This document shows, in pieces, positions 1 to 9,398 of a stretch of DNA of 64,000 bases. The DNA is taken from positions 7,737-71,736 of the forward strand of contig JAIEQK010000011.1 in NCBI GenBank assembly GCA_019747795.1, in the 5' to 3' direction. The translations under genes and the position numbers were made by a program. The notes below the pieces were generated by a model. It ran no database searches and was not told the DNA's origin. It worked only from the letters and a program-made list of their open reading frames with translations. The first letter of the stretch is position 1. The number at the start of each line of letters is the position of its first letter. This DNA comes from Gammaproteobacteria bacterium. Lineage in GTDB: Bacteria; Pseudomonadota; Gammaproteobacteria; Ga0077536.

Positions 1-3000
1 AGCCTGCTCGGCGGCTTCTGGACCGAGAAGGGCGCCGACGCCTACACGCTGCTGGCGCCGAACGACACGACTGTCGCGCGCGCCGGTCGCCTGTCGCTCG
101 ACGTGGGGCGCCTCGGCGCCGACGGCATCGCGTGGCAGGAGCTCGCCGCGAACGGCTTCATCGGCGCGCTCGAGCTGCGCCTGCGGGATGGAGATCTCAC
201 CATCGCTGCGGATGAACTGCTGCGCGCGGCCGACATTCGCCTGGCGGTGGATCGTGGCCGGCTCGACATCGCCGGCACGCTCGACGCGAACGCGCCGGCG
301 GGGGGACGCATCGCGCTCGCTGCCGGCGGTGACCTCGTGGTCGACGGCAGCCTGCACGCGGCGGCAACGGCACGCGACGAGGACGGCGGCAGCGTCGAAC
401 TCGCCAGTCGCGAGGGACGCATCACTTTCGGCGCCGACGGCGATATCGACGTGCGCGGTCGCCGCGCGGACGGCACGGCGAGCGGCGACGGCCTGGTGCG
501 CATCGTCGCCCCGCGTGGCGCGGACAATGCGAGCGTGGCGGTCGATCCGCTCGCCGGCAGCGTGCTGGGCGCGGGCAGCATCGAAGTGATCGCGAACCGG
601 GTCTACGCAGGCATCGAGCGCATCGATGCGGTCGAGACTGCGGTCGCCACGCAGATCGGTCTCGACACGCTGCGCGCCGACAACGACGTCTTCGCGCTGG
701 CCGAGCCCGGTCTCGTCACCACGCTCGACCCCGACGGCGCGCTGGGCGCGCGGCTGGTGGTGATGCCTGGTATCGAGATCCGCAGCGACGCCGGCCGCGC
801 GCTGGAACTCGCCACCGACTGGTCGCTCACCACCTGGCGCGCCGGTTCGGCGCCCGGCCTGCTGACGCTCCGCGCCGGCGGCGACCTGCTGCTGAACGGC
901 GGGCTCAGCGACGGCCTCACGCAGCGCGACAACCTGCAGGCGCTGACCAACTTCTCGCTCGACCCAGCCGACTTCGGCAAGGTCGACATGCTGCTGGACG
1001 GTGCGTCGTGGAGCTATCGCCTGGTGGCCGGCGCGGATCTCGACAGCGCCACGAGCGGCGGGGCGCCGGCGGTGGCAGCGGCCGACGCGCTGGCCGTGCG
1101 TGACGACGGCGAAGGCGACCTGCGGCTCGCCAACGACCGCCGCGTGCGCACCGGCACCGGCAGCATCGAGATAGCGGCGGCGGGCGACGTGCGCTACCTC
1201 GGCAACGGCGCGGCCATCTACACCATGGGTCGCAACGCGGGCTACGGCAACATCGCCTTCGACCCGGCAGAGCTCGACGCGCTCGGCACTTTCATTGGTG
1301 ATTTCCTCGACCTGCAGATCGCTTTCGGTTTCGACTACGGCGGCGTGCTCGATGGTCGCGAGGACATCGCCTTCGCGCCGTACTTCTTCGACCGCTACCT
1401 GCCCGGCGCAGTGTTCGGCGAGCAGGGCGGCGACATTCGCATCGAGGCGGGGGGCGACATCGTCGGACCTGGCAGCACGCAGCTCATGACCCAGTGGCTG
1501 GTGGTGATGGGCGGCGAGAGCGGCGACGTGCGCCTGACCTTGGGCGGCCTCGAGCTGCCGACGATGTGGGCCATCCGTCCGGAACTGTTCCGCCAGAACC
1601 TCGGCACGCTCGGCGGCGGCGACATCGCGATCACCGCCGGCGGCGAGGTGAGCAACCTGTCCGTGGTGCTGCCGACCAGCGGTCGTCCCGACGGCGCGGG
1701 CTTCACCTACCTGCCGTTCACGGGCGCCTTCGGCAACGCTGGCGTCAACGCGGTCACCGAACTCGGCGGTGGCAATCTCACCCTGCGCGCCGGTGGCGAT
1801 GTGCTCGCGCCGCGCGTGATGGTCGGGCGTGGCAGCGCGCAGATCCGCAGTGGCGGGCGCATCGGCGCGCCCGAGGGCGCCTCGGTCGACGCGCTGTTCG
1901 CGCTCGGTCACGGCAACTTCGACGTGGTGGCCGCCGAGGGCGTAGCGGTCGAGGCGATGTTCAATTTCTCGATGATGCGTCGACCGCTCATCGCCGCGCC
2001 GGGCGGCGGCAGCCTGGATGCCGACACGCGCTCGTACTTCTTCACCTATGGCGAAGGCAGCGCGCTCGCGGTCGACAGCCTGGCCGGCGACGTGCTGCTG
2101 GAGAATCGCACGCGCTCGACCGATCCGATCTTCGCAAGCATCCTCGGCAACGCCGGCGTGACCAGCGCGGACGAGTCCGCGCTGCGCATCTATCCCGGCA
2201 GCGTGCGCGTGCGCGCGTTCGGCGGCGACGTGCAGCTCGCCCGCGGCTTCCAGCTGTTCCCGGACGCCGACGGCACGCTCGAAATGCTGTCCGCGGGCAG
2301 CATCACCGATCTCGGCTTCGAGGTCGGTCGGCAGCGCGTGACCGTGGTGCAGTCCGACGCCGACGTGCGTCGTCTGCCGAGCGTCAGTAATCCCGCGGCG
2401 GGCAGCCCAGGCATCGGCTCGACCTTCCTGCCGGCCAAGCAGCGCCCCGTGTCCGACGATCAGCGCGCGTGGCACGCGACCGTGCCCGTGCATCTGCAAG
2501 ACGACGATCCCAGCCTTCTGATCGCGCTCGGCGGCAACATCGGCCAGGCCCGTCTCGAAGCGCGCGGCTTCCGCCTGTTCCTCGCCGAGCCGGGCCGCAT
2601 CATCGCCGGCCGCGACATCCTGAATCTCGATTTCGAGATCCAGCACGTGGCGGCCGAGCAGACGAGCGTCGTGCGCGCGGGCCGGGATTTCATCTACACG
2701 CCGAACCGCGACCTCGCCGGCAACCTGGCGCAGAGCCAGCAGGAACGTTTCCAGGGCGCGCTGTTCAGCGGTCCCGGGCGCGGGTTCGTGCTGGCCGGGC
2801 GCAACATCGATCTCGGCACCTCGGACGGCATCGTCTCGGTCGGCAACCTGCGCAACTTCGCGCTGCCCGACAGCGGCGCGAGCCTGCACGTGTTCGCCGG
2901 CGCGGGGGAGGGACCGGACCTCGCGCGCTTCTACGCGCGCTACCTGCGCGACCTGCCGCGTACCAGCGCCGACGCCGTGCCCTACCTGCAGGCACTGGTG

Positions 3001-3993
3001 GGCAAGGAGCTCTCGGCCGAGGAAGCGGCATCGATGTTCAAGGACCTGGAGACCGCGCGGCGCGCGCTGGCCGAGGCCGGTGTGGCGCCAGGCGCGCGGG
3101 ACGTGGATCTCGACCTCGGCTCGGCGGTGAGCGAGCGCCTCCTCGCGCTCTTCTTCGGCGAGATCGAGCGCGCCGGCGTGGGCGCCACCACCACCGGCTC
3201 CGATGACTATTCGCGCGGCTTCGCCGCCATCGAGACGCTGTTCCCCGGCAAGGGGCGCGAAGGCGCGCTCAGCCTGCTGCTGAGCCGCATCCACACCGAG
3301 GACGGTGGCGACATCAACCTCTACGTACCGGGTGGCAGCGCCAACACCGGCGCCGCCGCCACCGCCAGCGTCACCAAGTCGGAGAACGAGCTCGGCGTGG
3401 TGGTGCAGGGCAAGGGCGACGTGCGGGGCTTCGTGCGCGACGACTTCCTGGTCAACGCCTCGCGTGTGTTCGCGCTGCAGGGCGGCGACATCCTGCTGTG
3501 GGCGAGCGAGGGCGACATCGACGCCGGCCGCGGCGCCAAGTCGGCGCTCGCCGCACCGCCGCCGCAGGTGGTGTTCGACCCGGCCTCGGGGCAGTTCGTC
3601 ACCGTGTTCCCGCCGGAGGTCGCCGGCAGCGGTATCCGCAACTTCGCGCCACCCGGCACGGTGCCCGGCAACGTCTTCCTGTTCGCGCCCAAGGGTGTGA
3701 TCAGCGCCGGCGACGCCGGCATCGCTTCGGCCGGCAACATCACCATCGGTGCGCGCGAAGTCATAGGCGCCGACAACATCGACGTCGGCGGCACGGCGGT
3801 TGGCGTTCCGCAGGCCGACATCGGCGTCGCGGCGGGCCTGAGCGGCGTGTCGAACGTGGCCAACGCCGCGGCCCGCGGCGCGCAGGACTCGGCGGCGGAG
3901 AACGCCAAGGAAGCCGCGGCCATGGCGGCCAACGGGCTCGAGCAGCCGACGGTGTCGATCATCTCGGTGGAGGTGCTCGGCTTCGGCGGTTGA
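1..3993 (+). CDS. Filamentous haemagglutinin-like TpsA adhesin/exoprotein, C-terminal part. Partial: open at the window start.
   Basis: The reading frame is open from nt 1 with no stop before the track ORF 103-3993. The protein is long and Gly/Asp/Ala-rich, with reiterated 'AGGD(L/V)..L/I..G' beta-helical repeat units typical of FHA/TpsA proteins (LRAGGDLLLNGGLSDGL, ITAGGEVSNLSVVLP, LRAGGDVLAP). A TpsB transporter is encoded at 24529-26154. Confidence 0.6.
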   Translation, partial: SLLGGFWTEKGADAYTLLAPNDTTVARAGRLSLDVGRLGADGIAWQELAANGFIGALELRLRDGDLTIAADELLRAADIRLAVDRGRLDIAGTLDANAPAGGRIALAAGGDLVVDGSLHAAATARDEDGGSVELASREGRITFGADGDIDVRGRRADGTASGDGLVRIVAPRGADNASVAVDPLAGSVLGAGSIEVIANRVYAGIERIDAVETAVATQIGLDTLRADNDVFALAEPGLVTTLDPDGALGARLVVMPGIEIRSDAGRALELATDWSLTTWRAGSAPGLLTLRAGGDLLLNGGLSDGLTQRDNLQALTNFSLDPADFGKVDMLLDGASWSYRLVAGADLDSATSGGAPAVAAADALAVRDDGEGDLRLANDRRVRTGTGSIEIAAAGDVRYLGNGAAIYTMGRNAGYGNIAFDPAELDALGTFIGDFLDLQIAFGFDYGGVLDGREDIAFAPYFFDRYLPGAVFGEQGGDIRIEAGGDIVGPGSTQLMTQWLVVMGGESGDVRLTLGGLELPTMWAIRPELFRQNLGTLGGGDIAITAGGEVSNLSVVLPTSGRPDGAGFTYLPFTGAFGNAGVNAVTELGGGNLTLRAGGDVLAPRVMVGRGSAQIRSGGRIGAPEGASVDALFALGHGNFDVVAAEGVAVEAMFNFSMMRRPLIAAPGGGSLDADTRSYFFTYGEGSALAVDSLAGDVLLENRTRSTDPIFASILGNAGVTSADESALRIYPGSVRVRAFGGDVQLARGFQLFPDADGTLEMLSAGSITDLGFEVGRQRVTVVQSDADVRRLPSVSNPAAGSPGIGSTFLPAKQRPVSDDQRAWHATVPVHLQDDDPSLLIALGGNIGQARLEARGFRLFLAEPGRIIAGRDILNLDFEIQHVAAEQTSVVRAGRDFIYTPNRDLAGNLAQSQQERFQGALFSGPGRGFVLAGRNIDLGTSDGIVSVGNLRNFALPDSGASLHVFAGAGEGPDLARFYARYLRDLPRTSADAVPYLQALVGKELSAEEAASMFKDLETARRALAEAGVAPGARDVDLDLGSAVSERLLALFFGEIERAGVGATTTGSDDYSRGFAAIETLFPGKGREGALSLLLSRIHTEDGGDINLYVPGGSANTGAAATASVTKSENELGVVVQGKGDVRGFVRDDFLVNASRVFALQGGDILLWASEGDIDAGRGAKSALAAPPPQVVFDPASGQFVTVFPPEVAGSGIRNFAPPGTVPGNVFLFAPKGVISAGDAGIASAGNITIGAREVIGADNIDVGGTAVGVPQADIGVAAGLSGVSNVANAAARGAQDSAAENAKEAAAMAANGLEQPTVSIISVEVLGFGG

Positions 3994-4039
3994 AGCCGCG
4001 GCGGGTGGCGCGCGCGAGAATCTCGCGCCCCTTGCGGCG

Positions 4040-4450
4040 ATGGGTGAGAATCGGCCCATCCCCGCAGCCCTCGTCGCGCGCATGCCATCGCCCAAGTCGC
4101 AGAAGGAGCCCGCCCAGGCCGCCACGGTCAAGGCCTCGCGCCAATGGTTGTCACGCCACGCGGCCGCGGTGCCGGCGATGGCGGACTTCTACCGCCTGCT
4201 CGCCAATCCCACCCGGCTGCGCATCCTGCTGACCCTCGGTCGCGTGGAGCGCCTGTGCGTGGGTGACCTCGCCGCGGTGGTGGGACTCAGCGTCGCGGCC
4301 ACCTCGCAGCAGTTGAAGATGCTGAAGGGCGAAGGCTGGCTGCGCGCCGAGGGCCGTGGCAAGCAGGTCTACTACTCCATCACCAGCACCGCCCTGCGCG
4401 ACGCCCTGGAGGGCGATCTCGAACTCCTGCGCAAGAAGCCGCGCGGCTGA
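4040..4450 (+). CDS. ArsR/SmtB-family HTH transcriptional regulator. The true start is possibly the internal Met at ~4082.
   Basis: Winged-helix core 'LANPTRLRILLTLGRVERLCVGDLAAVVGLSVAATSQQLKMLKGEGWL'. It has only one Cys in the ELCV(C)DL position, so it is probably not a metalloid sensor itself. Confidence 0.7.
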   Translation: MGENRPIPAALVARMPSPKSQKEPAQAATVKASRQWLSRHAAAVPAMADFYRLLANPTRLRILLTLGRVERLCVGDLAAVVGLSVAATSQQLKMLKGEGWLRAEGRGKQVYYSITSTALRDALEGDLELLRKKPRG

Positions 4451-4494
4451 GCCCAGGCGGGCTTCAAGTCGCTTCGGTCTTGGTGCTAACATTT

Positions 4495-4521
4495 TCAAAT
4501 TGTCGAAAATGATTGAGCATC
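4495..4521 (+). promoter_or_regulatory. Candidate operator/promoter element 'TCGAAAATGATTGAGCATC' ending 2 nt before the SMR start codon. Related copies lie at ~32420-32441 and 53152-53164.
   Basis: Exact 13-mer ATGATTGAGCATC is shared with 53152-53164. 18/20 match with the palindromic site upstream of manC. Inner inverted repeat TTTTC-N8-GAAAA. Confidence 0.25.
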
Positions 4522-4522
4522 G

Positions 4523-4894
4523 ATGAGCACCTGCGCACAGCACGACAGTCGCGGCGAGACGCGTGCATGGGGCCTGCTGGCACTGGCCGTGACGGGCGAA
4601 ATAGCCGGCGTGCTGGCGCTGCGCGCCAGCGACGGCTTCGCGCGCCTCCTGCCCTCGCTCGCGGCGGTGCTGGCCTTCGGCGTGGCGCTGGTGGTGGTGA
4701 GCCGGGTGATGAAGGTGCTGCCGGTCAGCGTCGCCTACCCGGTGTGGGCCGGTGGCGGCACGGCCGGCGTGGCGCTGCTCGGCATGGGCGTGCTCGGCGA
4801 GACACCGAGCGTCGCGCGGGCGGTGGGCGTCGCGCTGATCGTGCTCGGCGTGGTGCTGATCAATCGCGACCGCGTCGCCGCGGGCGGGTGCTGA
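4523..4894 (+). CDS. Small multidrug resistance (SMR/EmrE-family) protein, subunit A of a probable heterodimeric pair.
   Basis: ~120 aa with four TM helices. Conserved membrane Glu in TM1 (VTGEIAGVLALRASDGF) and the 'VAYPVWAGGGTAG' motif. Confidence 0.8.
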   Translation: MSTCAQHDSRGETRAWGLLALAVTGEIAGVLALRASDGFARLLPSLAAVLAFGVALVVVSRVMKVLPVSVAYPVWAGGGTAGVALLGMGVLGETPSVARAVGVALIVLGVVLINRDRVAAGGC

Positions 4895-4901
4895 GCCGCG
4901 C

Positions 4902-5234
4902 ATGGCCCTGCACGCGGCCTGGGGATGGGTGCTTGGCGCCATCGTCGCGGAAACGATCGCCGCGCTCGCGCTCCGCGCGAGCGATGGTTTTACCCGTCCG
5001 CTGCCGGCGCTGTTGGCGACGGCGAGTTTCGCCTGCGCCTTCTATCTCACCAGCCTGGCGCTGGTGGTCCTGCCGGTCAGCCTGGTCTACCCGGTGTGGG
5101 CGGGCGGCGGCACGGCGGGCGCCGCGACCGCGGCGCTGTGGCTCTACGGCGAGCGTGCCGGCGCGCAAAAGATGCTGGGCGTCGCCGCCGTCGTGGCCGG
5201 CATCGTGGTGCTGAACATCGCCGCGCCCGCGTGA
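4902..5234 (+). CDS. SMR-family protein, subunit B of the paired SMR transporter.
   Basis: Paralogous to the preceding ORF (VAETIAALALRASDGF..., LVYPVWAGGGTAG) and separated from it by 7 nt. This arrangement is typical of heterodimeric SMR pumps. Confidence 0.8.
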   Translation: MALHAAWGWVLGAIVAETIAALALRASDGFTRPLPALLATASFACAFYLTSLALVVLPVSLVYPVWAGGGTAGAATAALWLYGERAGAQKMLGVAAVVAGIVVLNIAAPA

Positions 5235-5251
5235 GCGGGAGAGGAGAGCAG

Positions 5252-6379
5252 ATGGGCGTCTACCTCCGCTACTTCGGTACCCACCTGCTGCTGCTGGTGA
5301 CCGCCGTAGGCTTCCTCCTCGGCGGCGCCGCTCACTGGCTCGGTCTCGCCAGCGGCGTGGTGGTGTGGATCGGCGCAGACGCGCTCAGCCCGCGCGTGGG
5401 CGCCGCGCCCGCCTATCGCCATCGCGCGCTGCTGGACGTCGCGCTCTACAGTCTGTTCCCGCCGCTCGCGGCGCTGACGGCGATTTTCGCCTGGAGCCTG
5501 TCGAGGACCGATGTCCTCGGCTTCGGCGCCTGGCTGCACTCGGCCTTCGGCTACGACGCCCTCGCGGCGCGCGCGGCGACCGCCGGCTGGGACCTGGTGG
5601 GTGGGGCCTGGTCCTTCGCCCTCGCCATCGCGCTCGGCGGCATCCTGGTCGCGCACGAACTCGTGCATCGCACCCGCGATCCACTCGCGCTGGCGGTTGG
5701 GCGCTGGATGCTCGCCATCGCCTTCAACGCCACGCTCGAAGTGGCCCACGTGTTCGGTCATCACCGCGACGTCGGCACGCCGGCGGATCCGACCACCGCG
5801 CGCCGCGGCGAGAGCGTCTATCACTTCTACCTGCGCTCGACCTTCGGGCAGGTAGCCCAGGCCTGGCAGATCGAGCGTGAGCGCCTGGCGGGTGCCTCCG
5901 CGTGGCAACGCTGGTGGAGCAACCGTGTGCTGCGCGGCTTCCTGCGTTCGTGGAGCGTGGCCGGCGTGTTCTTTGCCGTTGGCGGCTGGCGCGCGCTCGG
6001 CGTGTTCCTGCTCGCCGCCGCCTACAACAAGCTGCTGCTCGAAGCGCTCAACTACATGGAGCACTACGGCCTGGTGCGCGTGCCCGGCACGCCGATAGAG
6101 CCACGCCACTCCTGGAATTCCGTGAGCGCCTTCAGCCATGCCGTGCTGTTCAACCTGCCCTGGCACGCCGATCACCATGCGCGCAGCCAGGTTCAGTACC
6201 CGGAACTGCACGCGACCGAGACCGCGCCCGTGCTCGGCCAGGGCTACCTTGCCACGTTGCCGCTGGTGCTCGTGCCGCCCCTGTGGCGCAGGCTGATCGC
6301 CCCCCGCCTGGCCGCCTGGGATCGCGAGCGCGCGAGCGCGGCGGAACGTTGCCTGGTGGGAGGGGACGGCGGTGGGTGA
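5252..6379 (+). CDS. Integral-membrane di-iron hydroxylase/desaturase of the AlkB/fatty-acid-desaturase family.
   Basis: Three histidine boxes: HELVHR, HVFGHHRD and HADHHAR. Multiple TM helices. RBS GAGGAGAG lies 4 nt upstream of the ATG. Confidence 0.7.
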   Translation: MGVYLRYFGTHLLLLVTAVGFLLGGAAHWLGLASGVVVWIGADALSPRVGAAPAYRHRALLDVALYSLFPPLAALTAIFAWSLSRTDVLGFGAWLHSAFGYDALAARAATAGWDLVGGAWSFALAIALGGILVAHELVHRTRDPLALAVGRWMLAIAFNATLEVAHVFGHHRDVGTPADPTTARRGESVYHFYLRSTFGQVAQAWQIERERLAGASAWQRWWSNRVLRGFLRSWSVAGVFFAVGGWRALGVFLLAAAYNKLLLEALNYMEHYGLVRVPGTPIEPRHSWNSVSAFSHAVLFNLPWHADHHARSQVQYPELHATETAPVLGQGYLATLPLVLVPPLWRRLIAPRLAAWDRERASAAERCLVGGDGGG

Positions 6380-6429
6380 GCGCCCATGTTGCTTTGACAC
6401 GAGGGCATGAGGCGCGGTGGCGTCGTCGG

Positions 6430-7650
6430 TCAGGGGGCAGGCAGCGGAGCGCGTACCGGCAGGCAGAGCGTGAGTGCGAAACAGAGTACGAGCATGAGGC
6501 TGCTGCCGAGCAGGCAGGCGCTCATGCCGCCCACTGCGGTAAGCGTGCCGGACAGCAGCACGCCGCACAGACGCCCACCGGCGTTGGCCGCGTAGTAGAA
6601 GCCGACGTCCTCGGCTGCCTTCTCCGAGCCCGCGTAGGCGAGGATGAGGTAGGAGTGCAGCGAGGACATCACCGCGAACGCGCCGCCGAACGCGCACAGT
6701 CCCGCGGTGACGATCAGCGTTGCGTGCCGCGGGTCGCTGGTGGTCAGCAGCAGCGCGATCGCGAGCGGCAGGCTCACCAGTAGCGCGCTCCACAGGCGAG
6801 CTTCCGGGACTTCGCGGGAGAGACCGTCAGGGCTGCGGCGCACGAGGCGCGGCGCGAGTGCCTGCACCAGGCCGTAACCGATGGTCCACAGCGCGAGGAA
6901 GCCGGCCACTTCCATGTAGCGCCAGCCGTGCGCGTAGAGAAACACCGGCAGGCCGACCACGAACCACACGTCACGCGCGCCGAACAGGCACAGGCGCGCG
7001 GCGGCCATCAGGTTGACGGCGCGCGACTTGGCGAAAAGCTCGCGGATGGAGCGCGAGGCCTTGGCCTGGCCGAGCGCGCGGGGCAGGGCGAGCGCCGTGA
7101 GGATCAATACGCTCACCAGGGCGGCGGCCATCACCGCCAGCGCGCCGCGAAACCCCAGGGCCTCGAGCAACACGCCGCCGAGGAAGAAGCCGATGCCCTT
7201 CATGGTGTTCTTCGAGCCGGTGAACCAGGCCACCCAGCGGAACAGGCGACCGTGCTCGCCGGCCGAAGTCGCCTTTAGCGCGGACTTCGCCGCGGTCTTG
7301 GTGAGGTCCTTGGCCACCCCGGCGACGCCCTGCGCGAGGACGACACAAGCGACCGACAGCGGCGCCTGCCAGCCGGGGTCGAGCGCCGCCAAGGCGCCGA
7401 TGCCGAGCAACTGCAGGACCATGCCGGTCATCAGCATCCGCGGGATGCCGTAACGGGTCGCGAGCCAGCCACCGACCAGGTTCGCGACCACGCCCGCGCC
7501 CTCGTACAGCACGAACAAGCTCGCGAGCTGCACGGGCGTGAAGCCCACGCGGTTGAAGTGGAGCAGGATGAGCGTGCGCAGCGCGCCGTCGGTGAGGGTG
7601 AATACCCAGTAGGCACCGGTCACCACCGCGTAGCTGCGCACGGCGGACAT
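6430..7650 (-). CDS. arsJ: MFS transporter ArsJ-like (organoarsenical 1-arseno-3-phosphoglycerate efflux permease), gene partner of GAPDH.
   Basis: 12-TM MFS protein starting [17 protein letters not shown]. Its start codon overlaps the gapdh stop by 1 nt (TGATG). The gapdh-arsJ pairing is characteristic of ars operons. Confidence 0.75.
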   Translation of the reverse strand: MSAVRSYAVVTGAYWVFTLTDGALRTLILLHFNRVGFTPVQLASLFVLYEGAGVVANLVGGWLATRYGIPRMLMTGMVLQLLGIGALAALDPGWQAPLSVACVVLAQGVAGVAKDLTKTAAKSALKATSAGEHGRLFRWVAWFTGSKNTMKGIGFFLGGVLLEALGFRGALAVMAAALVSVLILTALALPRALGQAKASRSIRELFAKSRAVNLMAAARLCLFGARDVWFVVGLPVFLYAHGWRYMEVAGFLALWTIGYGLVQALAPRLVRRSPDGLSREVPEARLWSALLVSLPLAIALLLTTSDPRHATLIVTAGLCAFGGAFAVMSSLHSYLILAYAGSEKAAEDVGFYYAANAGGRLCGVLLSGTLTAVGGMSACLLGSSLMLVLCFALTLCLPVRAPLPAP

Positions 7651-8693
7651 CAGGCGTCCCGCGCCGCCACGATGCTCGCCAGATCGATCATGCGACACGC
7701 GTAGCCGGCCTCGTTGTCGTACCAGGCATAGACCTTGAGCAGGGTGTCGTCGGTCACCAGCGTGCTCGGACCGTCGATGATGGCGCTGCGCGTGTCGTTG
7801 GCGTAGTCGGCGGAGACCAGCGGGCGCGACTCGAAGCCGAGGATGCCGGCCAGCGGGCCGGCGGCGGCGGTCGCGAACAGCTGGTTGATTTCTTCCGCGG
7901 TGACCGCGCGCCGCATTTCGAACACGCAGTCGGTGAGGCTCGCGTTCAGCACCGGCACGCGTACCGCGTGGCCGTTCAGCTTGCCGGCCAGCTCCGGGTA
8001 GATGAGGCCGATGGCCGTCGCGCTGCCGGTGGTGGTCGGCGCGAGCGACAGCAGCGCCGAGCGCGCGCGGCGCAGATCCGCGTGGGGCGCGTCGACCACC
8101 ACGTTGGTGTTGGTCGGGTCGTGCAGCGTGGTGATCTGTCCATGGCGAATGCCGATGGCTTCGTGCAGCACCTTGACCACCGGCGCGAGGCAGTTGGTGG
8201 TGCAGGACGCGGCGGTCAGCAGCCGATGTTCGGTGGGGCGGTAGAGATGATCGTTCACGCCGACCACCACGTTCAGCGCGCTGCCGTCCTTGACCGGCGC
8301 CGCGACGATGACACGCTTCACGCCCTGCCGAAAATAGCCTTCGAGGGTTGCCTGAGTGAGGAAGCGTCCGGTGCATTCCAGCACCAGATCGCAGCCGAGT
8401 GCGCCCCAGGGCACGTCGCCAGGGTTCGGCAGGGCGCTGAAGCCGATGCGTGTACCGGCGACGCTCAGCGCCCCGGGTCCGTCCACCGCTATTTCCGTGC
8501 GCCAGCGGCCGTGCACGCTGTCGAATTCCAACAGGTGCGCGGTGGCCGCCGCGCCGCCCTTGATCTCGTTCACGTGGACGATCTCCAGCCGCTGCGCGCG
8601 GCGGGGATCGTCCACCGGGCGCGGCAGGCCGCCGAGCGCCGCGCGTGCGACCAGGCGCCCGATGCGCCCCATGCCGTTGATGCCGACTCGCAT
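7650..8693 (-). CDS. gapdh: Glyceraldehyde-3-phosphate dehydrogenase, ars-operon associated.
   Basis: [13 protein letters not shown] Rossmann N-terminus. Catalytic '[10 protein letters not shown]' motif. C-terminal WYDNEAGY signature. Confidence 0.9.
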   Translation of the reverse strand: MRVGINGMGRIGRLVARAALGGLPRPVDDPRRAQRLEIVHVNEIKGGAAATAHLLEFDSVHGRWRTEIAVDGPGALSVAGTRIGFSALPNPGDVPWGALGCDLVLECTGRFLTQATLEGYFRQGVKRVIVAAPVKDGSALNVVVGVNDHLYRPTEHRLLTAASCTTNCLAPVVKVLHEAIGIRHGQITTLHDPTNTNVVVDAPHADLRRARSALLSLAPTTTGSATAIGLIYPELAGKLNGHAVRVPVLNASLTDCVFEMRRAVTAEEINQLFATAAAGPLAGILGFESRPLVSADYANDTRSAIIDGPSTLVTDDTLLKVYAWYDNEAGYACRMIDLASIVAARDA

Positions 8694-8706
8694 TCCTGGT
8701 GCTCCT

Positions 8707-9246
8707 TCAGCTGGTGAGTTCATCGTCGCCGTCAACGGCGCGCGGCAAGCGGCCGATGTCGTCGAGCTTGCGTTGCAAGGTGAGCGAGTCCAGCGCCGCC
8801 AGGGGCAGGCTCAAGAAGAGTTCGATGCGCCGCTTGATCTGCAGCGTCGCCTGCTCGAACGCGCGCCGTCGGCTCTCCGGCGAGCCGCCCCTCAGTCCAG
8901 GATCGTCGATGCCCCAGTGCGCGGTCACGGGCTGCCCCGGCCATTGCGGGCAGGTCTCGCCGGCGGCGGCGTCGCACAGGGTGAAGATGAAATCGAGGCG
9001 CGGCGCCGCGGGGCGGGTGAATTCGTCCCAGGACTTGCTGCGCATGTTCTCGGTCGGCAGGTGCATCTCTTCGATCATGGCCCGCGCGAGCGGATGCACG
9101 AAACCCGACGGGTGGCTGCCGGCGGAATAGGCGCGAAAACGTCCGCCGCCCAGGTGTGCGAGCAGCGCTTCAGCGATCAGCGAGCGCGAGGAATTGGCCG
9201 TGCACAGGAAGAGCACCGCGTAGCAGATGTCGGGCGTTGCGGTCAT
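8707..9246 (-). CDS. arsC: Arsenate reductase ArsC, low-molecular-weight phosphatase family (thioredoxin-coupled type).
   Basis: CX5R P-loop 'LCTANSSRS' at the N-terminus, plus downstream Cys pair ([15 protein letters not shown]). ~179 aa. Confidence 0.85.
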   Translation of the reverse strand: MTATPDICYAVLFLCTANSSRSLIAEALLAHLGGGRFRAYSAGSHPSGFVHPLARAMIEEMHLPTENMRSKSWDEFTRPAAPRLDFIFTLCDAAAGETCPQWPGQPVTAHWGIDDPGLRGGSPESRRRAFEQATLQIKRRIELFLSLPLAALDSLTLQRKLDDIGRLPRAVDGDDELTS

Positions 9247-9329
9247 GCCGCGGGTCTCGGCGTCGAGGGTGGGCGTCGAAGGTAGAAGGGCATTGTTACC
9301 AATAGGTGACGCGTGGCGAAGGCGTGTTA

Positions 9330-9350
9330 TTTAGTTGTCATTGACAACCG
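9330..9350. promoter_or_regulatory. Perfect palindrome TTGTCATTGACAA in the arsC/marR divergent intergenic region. Candidate operator.
   Basis: TTGTCA-T-TGACAA inverted repeat seen directly in the sequence, 50-60 nt upstream of the MarR start. A second GGTT-N10-AACC dyad follows. Confidence 0.3.
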
Positions 9351-9398
9351 AATGCGCGGCAACTACCTTGCGATCATGGTTTCCACTAGCAACCAATC

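Noticed and set aside
42-581. 179-aa minus-strand ORF at the window start
   Set aside because: Antisense to the continuous TpsA reading frame. Ser/Ala/Arg-rich artefact.
5144-6793. 549-aa minus-strand ORF antisense to the AlkB-like gene
   Set aside because: No domain signatures and biased composition. It overlaps a plus-strand gene that carries three canonical His boxes.
6430-8376. 648-aa ORF spanning arsJ and running antisense-frame through gapdh
   Set aside because: Only the distal 407 aa (from [10 protein letters not shown] at 7650) form an MFS protein. The N-terminal 240 aa are Arg-rich read-through overlapping the real gapdh gene on the same strand in another frame.
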